DNA of 64,000 nt. It comes from Escherichia coli. GTDB taxonomy: Bacteria; Pseudomonadota; Gammaproteobacteria; Enterobacterales; Enterobacteriaceae. Positions within the stretch are counted from its first letter, which is position 1; each line of letters begins with the position of its first letter. This document shows positions 46,296 through 60,453 of this stretch, one piece after another. Made by a program: the position numbers and the translations under genes. Location: NCBI RefSeq assembly GCF_016026235.1, contig NZ_CP065613.1, one strand, 5' to 3'. The notes under the pieces were generated by a model. It had not been told where the DNA came from, searched no databases, and saw nothing but the letters and a program-made list of their open reading frames with translations.

Positions 46296-47528
46296 ATGCC
46301 ACGTTTTTTTGCCCGCCATGCCGCCACGCTGTTTTTCCCGATGGCGTTGATTTTGTATGACTTTGCTGCGTATCTGTCGACGGACCTGATCCAGCCAGGG
46401 ATCATTAATGTGGTCCGTGATTTTAATGCCGATGTCAGTCTGGCCCCGGCTGCCGTCAGTCTCTATCTCGCTGGAGGCATGGCATTGCAGTGGCTGCTGG
46501 GGCCGCTTTCCGACAGGGTTGGCCGCAGGCCGGTGCTGATTACCGGGGCGCTAATATTTACCCTTGCCTGCGCTGCGACAATGTTCACAACGTCTATGAC
46601 ACAGTTTCTTATCGCGCGTGCAATTCAGGGCACCAGTATCTGTTTTATTGCCACCGTTGGTTATGTCACGGTGCAGGAGGCGTTCGGACAGACAAAAGGG
46701 ATCAAGTTGATGGCGATTATCACCTCCATCGTACTGATTGCGCCGATTATTGGCCCGCTTTCCGGCGCAGCTCTGATGCACTTTGTGCACTGGAAAGTCC
46801 TTTTTGCCATCATTGCGGTTATGGGTTTTATCTCATTTGTTGGCTTACTGCTGGCGATGCCAGAGACGGTGAAGCGCGGCGCGGTTCCATTTAGCGCCAA
46901 AAGCGTCTTGCGCGATTTTCGTAATGTCTTTTGCAATCGGCTGTTCCTCTTTGGCGCAGCAACCATCTCTTTAAGCTATATCCCCATGATGAGTTGGGTG
47001 GCTGTCTCGCCGGTGATCCTGATCGACGCGGGCGGCTTAACAACTTCGCAGTTCGCCTGGACACAGGTTCCGGTGTTCGGCGCGGTGATTGTCGCGAATG
47101 CCATCGTGGCGCGTTTCGTTAAAGATCCGACCGAACCGCGCTTTATCTGGCGTGCCGTACCCCTTCAACTGGTTGGCCTCGCGCTGTTGATTATCGGCAA
47201 TCTGCTGTCACCGCACGTCTGGCTGTGGTCGGTGCTGGGCACCAGTCTGTATGCTTTCGGGATTGGTTTGATTTTCCCGACCTTATTCCGCTTTACGCTG
47301 TTTTCCAATAACTTACCGAAAGGGACCGTCTCCGCATCGCTGAATATGGTGATCCTGATGGTGATGTCTGTCTCGGTCGAAATCGGCCGCTGGCTGTGGT
47401 TTAACAGCGGTCGCTTGCCGTTTCATCTGTTAGCCGTTGTGGCAGGCGTTATCGTCGTTTTCACCCTGGCCGGATTGCTTAATCGCGTGCGCCAACATCA
47501 GGCTGCCGAGCTGGCGGAGGAGCGGTGA
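46296..47528 (+). CDS. mdtM: MFS multidrug efflux transporter MdtM
   Basis: 410 aa from [27 protein letters not shown]. Confidence 0.9.
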   Translation: MPRFFARHAATLFFPMALILYDFAAYLSTDLIQPGIINVVRDFNADVSLAPAAVSLYLAGGMALQWLLGPLSDRVGRRPVLITGALIFTLACAATMFTTSMTQFLIARAIQGTSICFIATVGYVTVQEAFGQTKGIKLMAIITSIVLIAPIIGPLSGAALMHFVHWKVLFAIIAVMGFISFVGLLLAMPETVKRGAVPFSAKSVLRDFRNVFCNRLFLFGAATISLSYIPMMSWVAVSPVILIDAGGLTTSQFAWTQVPVFGAVIVANAIVARFVKDPTEPRFIWRAVPLQLVGLALLIIGNLLSPHVWLWSVLGTSLYAFGIGLIFPTLFRFTLFSNNLPKGTVSASLNMVILMVMSVSVEIGRWLWFNSGRLPFHLLAVVAGVIVVFTLAGLLNRVRQHQAAELAEER

Positions 47529-47568
47529 TTTTTGCGCGATCCTGCCGTCAGGCTCTATTCTTAACATT

Positions 47569-48849
47569 ATGAATAAACTCATTGAACTCAGACGCGCCAA
47601 AATGTTGGCGCTCTCTTTACTGCTTATCGCCGCTGCTACCTTTGTCGTTACGCTGTTTTTGCCGCCCAATTTTTGGGTGAGCGGCGTGAAGGCGATTGCT
47701 GAAGCGGCGATGGTCGGCGCGCTGGCGGACTGGTTTGCGGTGGTGGCGCTGTTTCGCCGCGTGCCGATTCCGATCATTTCTCGTCATACGGCGATTATTC
47801 CGCGTAATAAAGACCGGATTGGCGAAAATCTCGGCCAGTTCGTGCAGGAAAAATTTCTCGATACCCAATCGCTGGTGGCATTGATTCGACGTCACGAACC
47901 GGCGTTGTTGATTGGCAACTGGTTTAGTCAGCCAGAAAACGCCCGCCGCGTTGGTCAGCATCTGTTGCAGATCATGAGCGGTTTTCTTGAACTAACCGAT
48001 GATGCGCGTATTCAGCGCCTGCTTAAGCGCGCGGTCCACCGGGCGATTGATAAAGTCGATCTTTCTGGCACCAGTGCGTTGATGCTGGAGAGTATGACTA
48101 AAAACGATCGTCATCAGGTGCTGCTGGATACGCTGATCGCACAGTTGATCGCCCTTCTCCAGCGCGATAAATCGCGCAAGTTTATTGCCCAGCAAATTGT
48201 TCGCTGGCTGGAGAGCGAGCATCCACTGAAAGCCAAAATTTTGCCCACTGAATGGCTGGGCGAACATAGCGCGGAGTTGGTTTCTGACGCGGTGAATTCT
48301 TTGCTTGATGATATCAGCCGCGATCGTGCGCATCAGATCCGCCATGCGTTTGATCGCGCTACCTTCGCCCTGATCGAGAAACTGAAAAACGATCCGGAAA
48401 TGGCGGCGCGAGCCGATGCCGTAAAAAGCTATCTGAAAGAAGATGAAGCTTTTAACCGCTATCTCAGTGAATTGTGGGGGGATTTACGGGAATGGCTGAA
48501 AGCGGATATCAACAGTGAAGATTCTCGTGTGAAAGAACGTATCGCGCGGGCTGAACAATGGTTTGGCGAAACGTTAATTGCCGATGATGCCTTGCGGGCG
48601 TCGTTAAATGGTCATCTGGAACAAGCCGCACACCGCATTGCGCCTGAGTTTTCCGCATTCCTGACTCGCCATATCAGCGACACGGTAAAAAGCTGGGACG
48701 CACGGGATATGTCGCGGCAAATCGAGTTAAATATCGGCAAAGATCTCCAGTTTATCCGTGTCAACGGTACGCTGGTTGGCGGTTGTATTGGACTTATTTT
48801 GTATTTGCTGTCGCAGCTCCCGGCCTTGTTCCCCCTCGGCAATTTATAG
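47569..48849 (+). CDS. yjiN: inner membrane protein YjiN (DUF445)
   Basis: 426 aa from [25 protein letters not shown]. Confidence 0.85.
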   Translation: MNKLIELRRAKMLALSLLLIAAATFVVTLFLPPNFWVSGVKAIAEAAMVGALADWFAVVALFRRVPIPIISRHTAIIPRNKDRIGENLGQFVQEKFLDTQSLVALIRRHEPALLIGNWFSQPENARRVGQHLLQIMSGFLELTDDARIQRLLKRAVHRAIDKVDLSGTSALMLESMTKNDRHQVLLDTLIAQLIALLQRDKSRKFIAQQIVRWLESEHPLKAKILPTEWLGEHSAELVSDAVNSLLDDISRDRAHQIRHAFDRATFALIEKLKNDPEMAARADAVKSYLKEDEAFNRYLSELWGDLREWLKADINSEDSRVKERIARAEQWFGETLIADDALRASLNGHLEQAAHRIAPEFSAFLTRHISDTVKSWDARDMSRQIELNIGKDLQFIRVNGTLVGGCIGLILYLLSQLPALFPLGNL

Positions 48850-48964
48850 AAATCCATGAAAAACTAAGTGGCTAACCGCGAGAGAGATCAAATAAACCAC
48901 ACTAAAAGAATGGTAATAATGTGGCCTCTTTTCATTATCTCCCGTGGTACGGGGAAGGAAAATC

Positions 48965-52072
<3,108 letters not shown>

Positions 52073-52139
52073 CAGGCTGGCATATTTCACCTTTTTGTTA
52101 TTAACTTGTTAACAACAAAAATGACATACAAGGTTAAAC

Positions 52140-53318
52140 ATGCCTTCGTCCTCGCATCCCGTAGAACGCTTTTCTTTCAGCACCGCGCTTTTCGGGATGC
52201 TGGTTCTGACCTTAGGTATGGGATTAGGTCGCTTCCTTTATACGCCTATGTTGCCCGTCATGATGGCGGAAGGGGCGTTTTCATTTAGCCAGCTCTCGTG
52301 GATTGCCAGCGGCAACTATGCGGGGTATCTGGCTGGCAGTCTGCTATTTTCGTTTGGCGCATTTCACCAGCCGTCGCGCCTGCGCCCATTTCTGTTGGTT
52401 TCTGCCCTGGCGAGCGGGTTGTTGATCCTCGTAATGGCATGGTTGCCGCCATTTATTCTGGTGTTATTGATTCGCTTCCTGGCGGGTGTCGCCAGCGCCG
52501 GTATGCTGATTTTTGGTTCGACGCTGATTATGCAGCACACGCGCCATCCTTTTGTGCTGGCAGCTTTGTTTTCTGGCGTTGGCATTGGCATTGCACTGGG
52601 CAACGAATATGTTCTGGCAGGCCTGCATTTTGCCTTCTCCTCGCAAACGTTATGGCAAGGCGCCGGGGCGCTTTCTGGCATGATGCTGATTGCACTTACG
52701 CTTTTAATGCCCTCGAAAAAACACGCCATCGCACCAATGCCATTGGCAAAAACGGAGCAACAGATAATGAGCTGGTGGTTACTGGCTATTCTGTACGGCC
52801 TTGCGGGATTTGGTTATATCATCGTCGCGACTTACCTGCCGCTCATGGCGAAAGATGCAGGCTCACCATTGTTAACCGCCCATCTCTGGACGTTAGTCGG
52901 CTTATCAATTGTGCCAGGCTGCTTTGGCTGGCTATGGGCAGCAAAACGTTGGGGGGCTTTGCCTTGCCTGACGGCGAATTTGCTGGTGCAGGCTATCAGT
53001 GTGCTGCTTACTCTCGCCAGCGACTCTCCTCTCTTGCTTATCATTAGTAGTATCGGTTTTGGCGGTACCTTTATGGGCACGACATCTCTGGTGATGACTA
53101 TCGCCCGCCAACTGAGCGTTCCGGGAAATCTCAATCTTTTAGGCTTTGTGACGCTCATTTACGGCATTGGACAAATCCTCGGCCCGGCGCTGACCAGTAT
53201 GCTCGGCAATGGAACATCGGCGCTTGCCGGCGCCACTCTCTGCGGCGCGGCGGCGTTGTTTATTGCTGCGCTTATCAGCACAGTACAATTATTTAAGCTG
53301 CAAGTGGTCACTTCATGA
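52140..53318 (+). CDS. yjiJ: MFS transporter YjiJ
   Basis: 392 aa polytopic membrane protein. Confidence 0.85.
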   Translation: MPSSSHPVERFSFSTALFGMLVLTLGMGLGRFLYTPMLPVMMAEGAFSFSQLSWIASGNYAGYLAGSLLFSFGAFHQPSRLRPFLLVSALASGLLILVMAWLPPFILVLLIRFLAGVASAGMLIFGSTLIMQHTRHPFVLAALFSGVGIGIALGNEYVLAGLHFAFSSQTLWQGAGALSGMMLIALTLLMPSKKHAIAPMPLAKTEQQIMSWWLLAILYGLAGFGYIIVATYLPLMAKDAGSPLLTAHLWTLVGLSIVPGCFGWLWAAKRWGALPCLTANLLVQAISVLLTLASDSPLLLIISSIGFGGTFMGTTSLVMTIARQLSVPGNLNLLGFVTLIYGIGQILGPALTSMLGNGTSALAGATLCGAAALFIAALISTVQLFKLQVVTS

Positions 53319-53330
53319 GGAGTGTTTCCC

Positions 53331-53885
53331 TTACCACTCAAGAAATTCGACCGCAACCGTTGATGTCAGCCAGACCCCGTTTTCCGCTTGCCAGAAAGGG
53401 AGGCCTCGTTTCGCCATTTCCTGTGCTTTGACGGTTAAAATAACCGGCGATCCGTGTCTTGCTCCCACTTTGCGTGCCGTTGCTTCATCAGCAGAGAGAT
53501 GTACGTAGTGACGCTCACCTGCAATCAGCCCCTGTTTTTTTATCTCGTCAAGGAAACGGCTTGCCGTACCGTGGTAGAGAAACTGTGGCGGTGTTTTTTC
53601 GGCAAAGGAAATAGCGACCTGCGAAGTCGAATGCCCCTGAACCGCGCGGATGCACCTACCATCACTGGAATAACTAAAACGCTTTTTATCGCTGGTGGCA
53701 ACCACGGTATCCAGCAATGCACGGGTTAACCGCTTGCCCGCTTTTTGGGCACAGAGTATGAGCTTATCGATATCCGCCCATCCTTCACGGTCCAGTACGA
53801 TACCAATCGCCTCCGGTTTGTGTCGGAGGACAAAACTTAAAAACTTGCTCGTATCCGCCAGCTCTTTTTCGTTGTACTTTGCCAT
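53331..53885 (-). CDS. kptA: RNA 2'-phosphotransferase KptA
   Basis: 184 aa [29 protein letters not shown]. Confidence 0.88.
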   Translation of the reverse strand: MAKYNEKELADTSKFLSFVLRHKPEAIGIVLDREGWADIDKLILCAQKAGKRLTRALLDTVVATSDKKRFSYSSDGRCIRAVQGHSTSQVAISFAEKTPPQFLYHGTASRFLDEIKKQGLIAGERHYVHLSADEATARKVGARHGSPVILTVKAQEMAKRGLPFWQAENGVWLTSTVAVEFLEW

Positions 53886-54135
53886 CGCGTTTTCGTCCCT
53901 GGATTATCTGTTTTTTATTTACTATGTCATTGTCACTGGGTTTATGAATTTTCTGCAACTCAATCCTGCGTAGAACCTTTTCCACACAGCGTAATTTTAC
54001 CGCTATGCAAAAAACGCATAGTCAGAAACATACTTGCATTTTCCCCATACCCACATGGCTTATAAGGTTTTTCAGCTCCAGGAATTTTCCTGGCTCAAGC
54101 AACACACAAACACAAAAAAAACAATGGGGATTGTT

Positions 54136-54819
54136 ATGACACAACAAGGGGATGCTGTAGCCGGGGAGCTGGCGACAGAAAAAGTGGGCATTAAAGGGTA
54201 TCTGGCTTTTTTTCTCACCATAATCTTTTTTTCCGGTGTTTTTTCCGGGACAGACAGTTGGTGGCGCGTTTTTGATTTTTCCGTTCTGAACGGATCGTTT
54301 GGGCAACTGCCTGGTGCGAACGGAGCCACCACCTCGTTTCGCGGCGCGGGTGGCGCGGGGGCTAAAGATGGCTTTCTCTTTGCGCTGGAGCTGGCACCGT
54401 CAGTCATTCTCTCTCTGGGGATTATTTCAATTACCGATGGTCTTGGCGGATTACGCGCCGCGCAGCAGTTAATGACGCCAGTGCTAAAACCGTTGTTGGG
54501 CATTCCAGGGATCTGCTCGCTGGCGCTGATCGCTAACCTGCAAAACACCGATGCCGCCGCAGGTATGACCAAAGAGCTGGCGCAGGAAGGTGAAATTACC
54601 GAACGCGATAAAGTGATTTTCGCCGCATATCAAACCAGCGGTAGCGCCATTATCACCAACTACTTCTCTTCCGGCGTCGCGGTGTTTGCCTTTTTGGGCA
54701 CGTCCGTAATCGTACCTTTAGCAGTCATCCTGGTGTTTAAATTTGTCGGAGCCAACATTTTGCGCGTCTGGCTTAACTTCGAAGAACGTCGCAACCCAAC
54801 GCAAGGAGCGCAAGCATGA
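54136..54819 (+). CDS. yjiH: nucleoside-recognition-domain membrane protein YjiH
   Basis: 227 aa from MTQQGDAVAGELATEKVGIKGYLAFF. Confidence 0.85.
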   Translation: MTQQGDAVAGELATEKVGIKGYLAFFLTIIFFSGVFSGTDSWWRVFDFSVLNGSFGQLPGANGATTSFRGAGGAGAKDGFLFALELAPSVILSLGIISITDGLGGLRAAQQLMTPVLKPLLGIPGICSLALIANLQNTDAAAGMTKELAQEGEITERDKVIFAAYQTSGSAIITNYFSSGVAVFAFLGTSVIVPLAVILVFKFVGANILRVWLNFEERRNPTQGAQA

Positions 54820-55277
54820 CAACTCAGGTCCGCAAAAACGTCATGGATATGTTTATCGATGGTGCGCGCCGTGGCTTTACTATCGCCACGACCAACCTGC
54901 TGCCAAACGTGGTGATGGCGTTTGTCATCATTCAGGCGCTGAAAATTACCGGCCTGCTCGACTGGGTGGGGCATATCTGTGAACCCGTAATAGCGCTGTG
55001 GGGATTACCCGGTGAAGCGGCAACCGTCCTTTTAGCCGCATTAATGAGTATGGGTGGCGCAGTCGGTGTTGCCGCCAGTCTGGCAACCGCTGGCGCATTA
55101 ACCGGTCACGATGTCACCGTTTTACTGCCCGCGATGTATTTAATGGGCAACCCGGTGCAAAATGTCGGTCGCTGCCTGGGGACAGCCGAAGTGAATGCCA
55201 AATATTACCCGCATATCATTACGGTCTGCGTGATTAACGCATTGCTGTCGATCTGGGTTATGCAGCTTATTGTTTAA
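54816..55277 (+). CDS. yjiG: membrane protein YjiG (SpmB-like)
   Basis: 153 aa, start overlaps yjiH stop. Confidence 0.85.
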   Translation: MTTQVRKNVMDMFIDGARRGFTIATTNLLPNVVMAFVIIQALKITGLLDWVGHICEPVIALWGLPGEAATVLLAALMSMGGAVGVAASLATAGALTGHDVTVLLPAMYLMGNPVQNVGRCLGTAEVNAKYYPHIITVCVINALLSIWVMQLIV

Positions 55278-55289
55278 CAAGGAGTTACC

Positions 55290-56462
55290 ATGATTGATTA
55301 TACCGCAGCCGGTTTTACCCTGCTGCAGGGAGCGCATTTGTATGCGCCGGAAGATCGGGGAATTTGCGATGTCCTCGTCGCTAACGGCAAAATTATCGCC
55401 GTTGCCAGTAATATCCCTTCTGACATTGTACCGGACTGCACGGTTGTCGATCTCAGCGGGCAGATCCTCTGCCCAGGTTTTATTGATCAACACGTCCATT
55501 TGATTGGCGGTGGCGGCGAAGCAGGTCCCACGACGCGCACGCCGGAAGTGGCGTTAAGTCGTCTGACGGAAGCAGGCGTCACGTCAGTGGTTGGTCTGCT
55601 GGGCACCGACTCTATCTCTCGCCACCCGGAATCCCTGCTCGCCAAGACCCGTGCGCTCAATGAAGAAGGCATCAGCGCCTGGATGCTGACCGGCGCTTAT
55701 CATGTCCCTTCCCGCACTATTACGGGTTCCGTGGAAAAAGACGTGGCGATTATCGATCGCGTGATTGGCGTGAAATGCGCCATCTCTGATCACCGTTCTG
55801 CCGCACCGGACGTTTATCACTTGGCTAATATGGCGGCGGAATCCCGCGTTGGCGGTTTGCTCGGCGGTAAACCTGGCGTCACCGTGTTCCACATGGGCGA
55901 CAGCAAAAAGGCGTTACAGCCTGTCTATGACCTGCTGGAAAACTGCGATGTGCCGATTAGCAAGTTGCTGCCGACCCACGTTAACCGCAACGTTCCGTTG
56001 TTTGAGCAGGCGCTGGAGTTCGCGCGCAAAGGCGGCACCATCGATATCACCAGCAGCATTGACGAACCAGTCGCCCCTGCCGAAGGTATTGCCCGCGCCG
56101 TTCAGGCGGGTATTCCGCTGGCACGCGTCACCCTCAGCTCCGACGGCAACGGTAGCCAGCCGTTCTTCGATGACGAAGGGAATTTAACCCATATCGGTGT
56201 TGCCGGTTTTGAAACGTTGCTGGAAACCGTGCAGGTGCTGGTCAAAGATTATGATTTCAGTATCAGCGATGCCCTGCGCCCGCTCACCAGTAGCGTAGCC
56301 GGTTTCCTTAACCTGAGCGGGAAAGGCGAAATTCTGCCAGGCAATGACGCAGACTTACTGGTCATGACGCCAGAATTACGCATTGAGCAGGTATACGCTC
56401 GCGGCAAGCTGATGGTCAAAGACGGCAAAGCCTGCGTGAAAGGAACGTTTGAAACGGCATAA
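55290..56462 (+). CDS. iadA: isoaspartyl dipeptidase IadA
   Basis: 390 aa amidohydrolase, HxH motif CPGFIDQHVHLIGGGGE. Confidence 0.9.
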   Translation: MIDYTAAGFTLLQGAHLYAPEDRGICDVLVANGKIIAVASNIPSDIVPDCTVVDLSGQILCPGFIDQHVHLIGGGGEAGPTTRTPEVALSRLTEAGVTSVVGLLGTDSISRHPESLLAKTRALNEEGISAWMLTGAYHVPSRTITGSVEKDVAIIDRVIGVKCAISDHRSAAPDVYHLANMAAESRVGGLLGGKPGVTVFHMGDSKKALQPVYDLLENCDVPISKLLPTHVNRNVPLFEQALEFARKGGTIDITSSIDEPVAPAEGIARAVQAGIPLARVTLSSDGNGSQPFFDDEGNLTHIGVAGFETLLETVQVLVKDYDFSISDALRPLTSSVAGFLNLSGKGEILPGNDADLLVMTPELRIEQVYARGKLMVKDGKACVKGTFETA

Positions 56463-56526
56463 ACGGTTGTCAGCCGCCCGAATGGACGTAGAATGCCCGC
56501 AAGGGCGGCTGACAGAGTAAAACGTA

Positions 56527-57438
56527 ATGGATGACTGTGGTGCGGTTTTGCATAATATTGAAACTAAATGGCTTTATGATTTTCTGACCCTGGAAAAATG
56601 CCGCAATTTTTCCCAGGCAGCAGTCAGTCGCAACGTCTCGCAACCGGCATTCAGCCGCCGCATCCGTGCGCTGGAACAGGCGATTGGCGTTGAATTGTTT
56701 AACCGCCAGGTGACGCCGCTGCAACTCTCGGAACAAGGTAAAATATTCCATTCGCAGATCCGCCATCTGTTGCAACAGTTAGAGAGCAACCTTGCAGAAC
56801 TCCGTGGTGGCAGCGATTACGCGCAACGCAAAATTAAAATAGCCGCTGCACACTCTCTTTCCCTCGGGCTGTTACCGTCCATTATCAGCCAGATGCCGCC
56901 GCTCTTTACCTGGGCAATTGAAGCTATTGATGTCGATGAAGCGGTCGATAAACTGCGTGAAGGGCAAAGTGACTGTATTTTTTCCTTTCACGACGAAGAT
57001 TTGCTGGAAGCGCCGTTTGACCACATTCGCTTATTTGAATCTCAATTGTTCCCCGTTTGCGCCAGTGACGAACACGGAGAAGCACTTTTTAACCTCGCGC
57101 AGCCACACTTTCCGTTACTGAATTACAGCCGCAACTCCTACATGGGGCGATTGATTAATCGCACCCTGACGCGCCACAGTGAGTTAAGTTTCAGCACCTT
57201 TTTTGTCTCTTCGATGAGCGAGCTTTTAAAGCAGGTTGCCCTCGACGGCTGTGGGATTGCCTGGCTACCGGAATACGCCATCCAACAAGAAATTCGCAGC
57301 GGGCAGCTCGTTGTACTGAATCGGGACGAACTGGTGATCCCGATTCAGGCCTATGCATACCGGATGAATACCCGCATGAATCCAGTTGCCGAACGCTTCT
57401 GGCGTGAACTACGCGAGCTGGAGATTGTGCTTAGCTGA
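56527..57438 (+). CDS. hypT: LysR-type hypochlorite-responsive regulator HypT (YjiE)
   Basis: 303 aa, N-terminal LysR HTH. Confidence 0.88.
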   Translation: MDDCGAVLHNIETKWLYDFLTLEKCRNFSQAAVSRNVSQPAFSRRIRALEQAIGVELFNRQVTPLQLSEQGKIFHSQIRHLLQQLESNLAELRGGSDYAQRKIKIAAAHSLSLGLLPSIISQMPPLFTWAIEAIDVDEAVDKLREGQSDCIFSFHDEDLLEAPFDHIRLFESQLFPVCASDEHGEALFNLAQPHFPLLNYSRNSYMGRLINRTLTRHSELSFSTFFVSSMSELLKQVALDGCGIAWLPEYAIQQEIRSGQLVVLNRDELVIPIQAYAYRMNTRMNPVAERFWRELRELEIVLS

Positions 57439-57823
57439 CATTCTCCAGCGTCGCACTGCGCCAACCGCCATTATCCCAGACCAGATCAAACGTTAGCGAT
57501 TCATCGTCGTGATACAGCATTATCTCAAGGCTGATCGCCAGAGTGTGGCAGTACGCTTCTTTCAAATTAACCTGCAACGCCGCAATCCGTGGCTCATGAA
57601 ATAACAGTGCAGAACGCAGCTGACGGCAATACCAGCTCTGGAGATGTTTGTCGCTCGGGTTATGCACTTGCCACTCGGGCATGCCTGAAACAAGTAATGA
57701 CGGTAATGCCGAATGAGGAGAATTAAAAAGAGTGAGGAGATCGCTGCATACTGATTTACGCAGCGGTGACGTTTTATTGCCTGAAATTTCAGGTAAAACA
57801 GCCTGAAGTGATTGGCGCATCAT
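57431..57823 (-). CDS. iraD: anti-adaptor protein IraD
   Basis: 130 aa from [23 protein letters not shown]. Confidence 0.85.
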   Translation of the reverse strand: MMRQSLQAVLPEISGNKTSPLRKSVCSDLLTLFNSPHSALPSLLVSGMPEWQVHNPSDKHLQSWYCRQLRSALLFHEPRIAALQVNLKEAYCHTLAISLEIMLYHDDESLTFDLVWDNGGWRSATLENVS

Positions 57824-58494
57824 TTTGCGCACTCCTGACGTTTAGCAACATATGCGGCTTGCCCTGAACACCGGGCACCACTGTATTGATGCTCATTTTC
57901 CATAGCCATTCCCTTTTGTTCATTACATCCATGTCAGTCTGAGACAGGCCTGAATCCTGTCAGCAAAGTATAAAACCTTACTTGCCTATGAATATCTACT
58001 GACTTTTCAGGAAAAAAGTCATGATTTGATAAAAATCATCAAACTCAAAAAAAAACCGCTAGTATATTCTGAATATTCCGAATAGTTACGTAGATGAAAA
58101 TACTTGTCACCACCGCTACTTAATTCCGGTGGGAAATTATTTATTTCCGCATAATCAGCCATGTATTATTTAAAACAATTAGTTTGTAAATAATATAAAT
58201 TGATAACATATCAAATACATCAAAAATACCATTCACAGGCATTATTAATATAGACATCAATATAGCAACATCAAATTCCAATTAGTAATAAGATATGCTT
58301 TTAAATTGCATGCAAATAATTTTAAATGAGCGTTTTTTGATACTTTAGAGTGTTTCCCACCATTTAATATCACTGTGTAGAGTTGATATCACTACAACAG
58401 AAACATGCATGTCATTTGTTTACTTCTCTTTTTACTACAGAAAAATTTATCTATTTTTCTAAGCATCAGTGAAATACTCATAAAGGTAACTATT

Positions 58495-59325
58495 ATGTCT
58501 ATGCCATTAAGCAATGCCCTTCAGAGTCAAATTATTACAGATAATCACTTCCTTCATCATCCAAAAGTCGACAGTGAGTTAACACGTAAACATGAACGTG
58601 CACGCATGGATACGGAAAATATCTATCTTCCGCCTCTTGCTCGTGGCAATAACCATAATTACGATGGAAAAAGCGTTGTCGAAATTAGAAAACTTGATAT
58701 TAGTAAAGAGTCCTGGCCATTTAATTATGTGACAGAAACATGCAGAGAATTCAATGGTATTACAACAACAGGACGTATGCTCTATCGAAACTTGAAAATC
58801 ACCTCAGCTTTAGACGAAATATATGGTGGTATATGTAAAAAGGCGCATGCTGCCACAGAGTTAGCAGAAGGATTACGGCTAAATTTATTTATGAAAAGCC
58901 CTTTCGATCCTGTTGAGGACTATACAGTTCATGAAATAACATTAGGCCCTGGTTGCAATGTTCCTGGTTATGCCGGAACCACGATAGGATATATTTCAAC
59001 CCTTCCAGCTTCTCAGGCAAAAAGATGGACCAATGAGCAGCCAAGGATTGATATCTATATTGATCAGATAATGACGGTAACAGGGGTAGCAAATTCTTCC
59101 GGATTCGCCCTTGCCGCATTACTTAATGCTAATATTGAGTTGGGTAATGACCCAATAATTGGTATAGAAGCCTATCCCGGTACCGCGGAGATCCATGCAA
59201 AAATGGGATATAAAGTTATCCTGGGTGATGAAAATGCACCACTCAAACGTATGACTCTGCAACCGTCATCTCTTCCAGAACTGTTTGAATTAAAAAATGG
59301 TGAATGGAATTATATTGGTAAATAA
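58495..59325 (+). CDS. yjiC: uncharacterised protein YjiC
   Basis: 276 aa from MSMPLSNALQSQIITDNHF, AT-rich gene with long AT-rich upstream region. Confidence 0.8.
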   Translation: MSMPLSNALQSQIITDNHFLHHPKVDSELTRKHERARMDTENIYLPPLARGNNHNYDGKSVVEIRKLDISKESWPFNYVTETCREFNGITTTGRMLYRNLKITSALDEIYGGICKKAHAATELAEGLRLNLFMKSPFDPVEDYTVHEITLGPGCNVPGYAGTTIGYISTLPASQAKRWTNEQPRIDIYIDQIMTVTGVANSSGFALAALLNANIELGNDPIIGIEAYPGTAEIHAKMGYKVILGDENAPLKRMTLQPSSLPELFELKNGEWNYIGK

Positions 59326-59425
59326 CTACCAGGAAGAATGAGTACTAACATTCAGGTTATACAGATAGCTAAACAATCCCCTGCAATTTACAAAGTAATA
59401 CTCATTGCGACTTCTTAATTTAAGA

Positions 59426-59462
59426 AAGCGCAAGGAACGTTTACCCTTGCGCTTATTATAAT
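59426..59462. terminator. bidirectional stem-loop terminator between yjiC and uxuR
   Basis: aagcgcaagg-aacgtttac-ccttgcgctt with T/A-rich runs on both sides. Confidence 0.5.
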
Positions 59463-59465
59463 AAG

Positions 59466-60239
59466 TCAGGCGTCGACTTTATCCAGCGGCCATGAATCAA
59501 ACAGATAGCCATCAAAATAAATATCGTCAACGTTCGAGAATTCCAGCAGACGTTGCTTAACGTTTTCCAGATGCTGCCACATTGCCAGCTTCGCCGCTCG
59601 GGCATCTTTTTTGATTAACGCGGCGAGGATCTGTTTGTGATCGCCCAACCACTCTTTGCGATACAGGCTGTCATCCAGATGGCTGTGCAACTGGATCCAC
59701 ATTGGATTGTTTTCCCGCCACTGCCAGGACTGACGGAACAGCTCCACCAGCATGCTGTTATGCGTTGCTTCGGCAATAGCGAGATGGAACTGCATGTCAC
59801 CGCTTTCGCTGCTGCCCGGCGCACTGGAAGCCAGTTCACGCTCTTCCAGTTGCAATGCCTGACGCATTTTGACGATATCTTCGCGGGTAGCCTGCAGGGC
59901 GGCAAACTCGGCGATGTTGCTCTCAAGAAGCTGTCGCGCCTGCAACAGCTCAAAAGGACCCGCATCATTGCAAACGTTGGCATCCGGACTGTCTGTGTTG
60001 TGGCTGCCTGAGCTATCAAGAACATAGATACCGGCACCCCGGCGCACTTCCACCAGCCCTTTGATCTCCAGCATGATCAGCGCTTCACGTACCACCGTCC
60101 GCGTGACATCAAGCATTTCTGCAATTTCACGCTCCGGCGGCAACCGTTCGCCAGGATTGTACGGCGTCTTTATGATCAGATCGCGGATCATCGCCCCGAC
60201 TTCCTGGTAAGGTCTTTGCGCAGAGGTGGCAGATTTCAT
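59466..60239 (-). CDS. uxuR: GntR-family repressor UxuR
   Basis: 257 aa MKSATSAQRPYQEVGAMIRDLIIK. Confidence 0.9.
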   Translation of the reverse strand: MKSATSAQRPYQEVGAMIRDLIIKTPYNPGERLPPEREIAEMLDVTRTVVREALIMLEIKGLVEVRRGAGIYVLDSSGSHNTDSPDANVCNDAGPFELLQARQLLESNIAEFAALQATREDIVKMRQALQLEERELASSAPGSSESGDMQFHLAIAEATHNSMLVELFRQSWQWRENNPMWIQLHSHLDDSLYRKEWLGDHKQILAALIKKDARAAKLAMWQHLENVKQRLLEFSNVDDIYFDGYLFDSWPLDKVDA

Positions 60240-60276
60240 GGTGTTGTGTCCGTTAGGTGCGGTTAATCAAATTTTT

Positions 60277-60310
60277 GCCGGATGCGGCGTGAACGCCTTA
60301 TCCGGCCTAC
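60277..60310. repeat. REP element
   Basis: gccggatgcggcgtgaacgccttatccggcctac. Confidence 0.6.
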
Positions 60311-60380
60311 AACGGGCAATTTTACGGCACCCGTTAATCTCAAACTATACCATTAGCACTGGAAGTTGGCACGTACAGGT

Positions 60381-60429
60381 GGGCAAAAAAACGAAAACTG
60401 GTCAACCAAATATCAGTTTGATTGACCAG
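60381..60429 (-). terminator. rho-independent terminator after uxuB
   Basis: ctggtcaa...ttgaccag stem followed on the minus strand by ttttcgtttttttgccc. Confidence 0.5.
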
Positions 60430-60453
60430 TAAGTCTGTAGGGTAATCAGTTAG

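Noticed and set aside
46199-46351. Roughly 50-codon ORF ([14 protein letters not shown]...) upstream of and overlapping the mdtM start
   Set aside because: Overlaps the mdtM start out of frame, has no convincing ribosome-binding site and an implausible C-terminus; cannot be told apart from a chance ORF or a relic of the deleted neighbouring gene.
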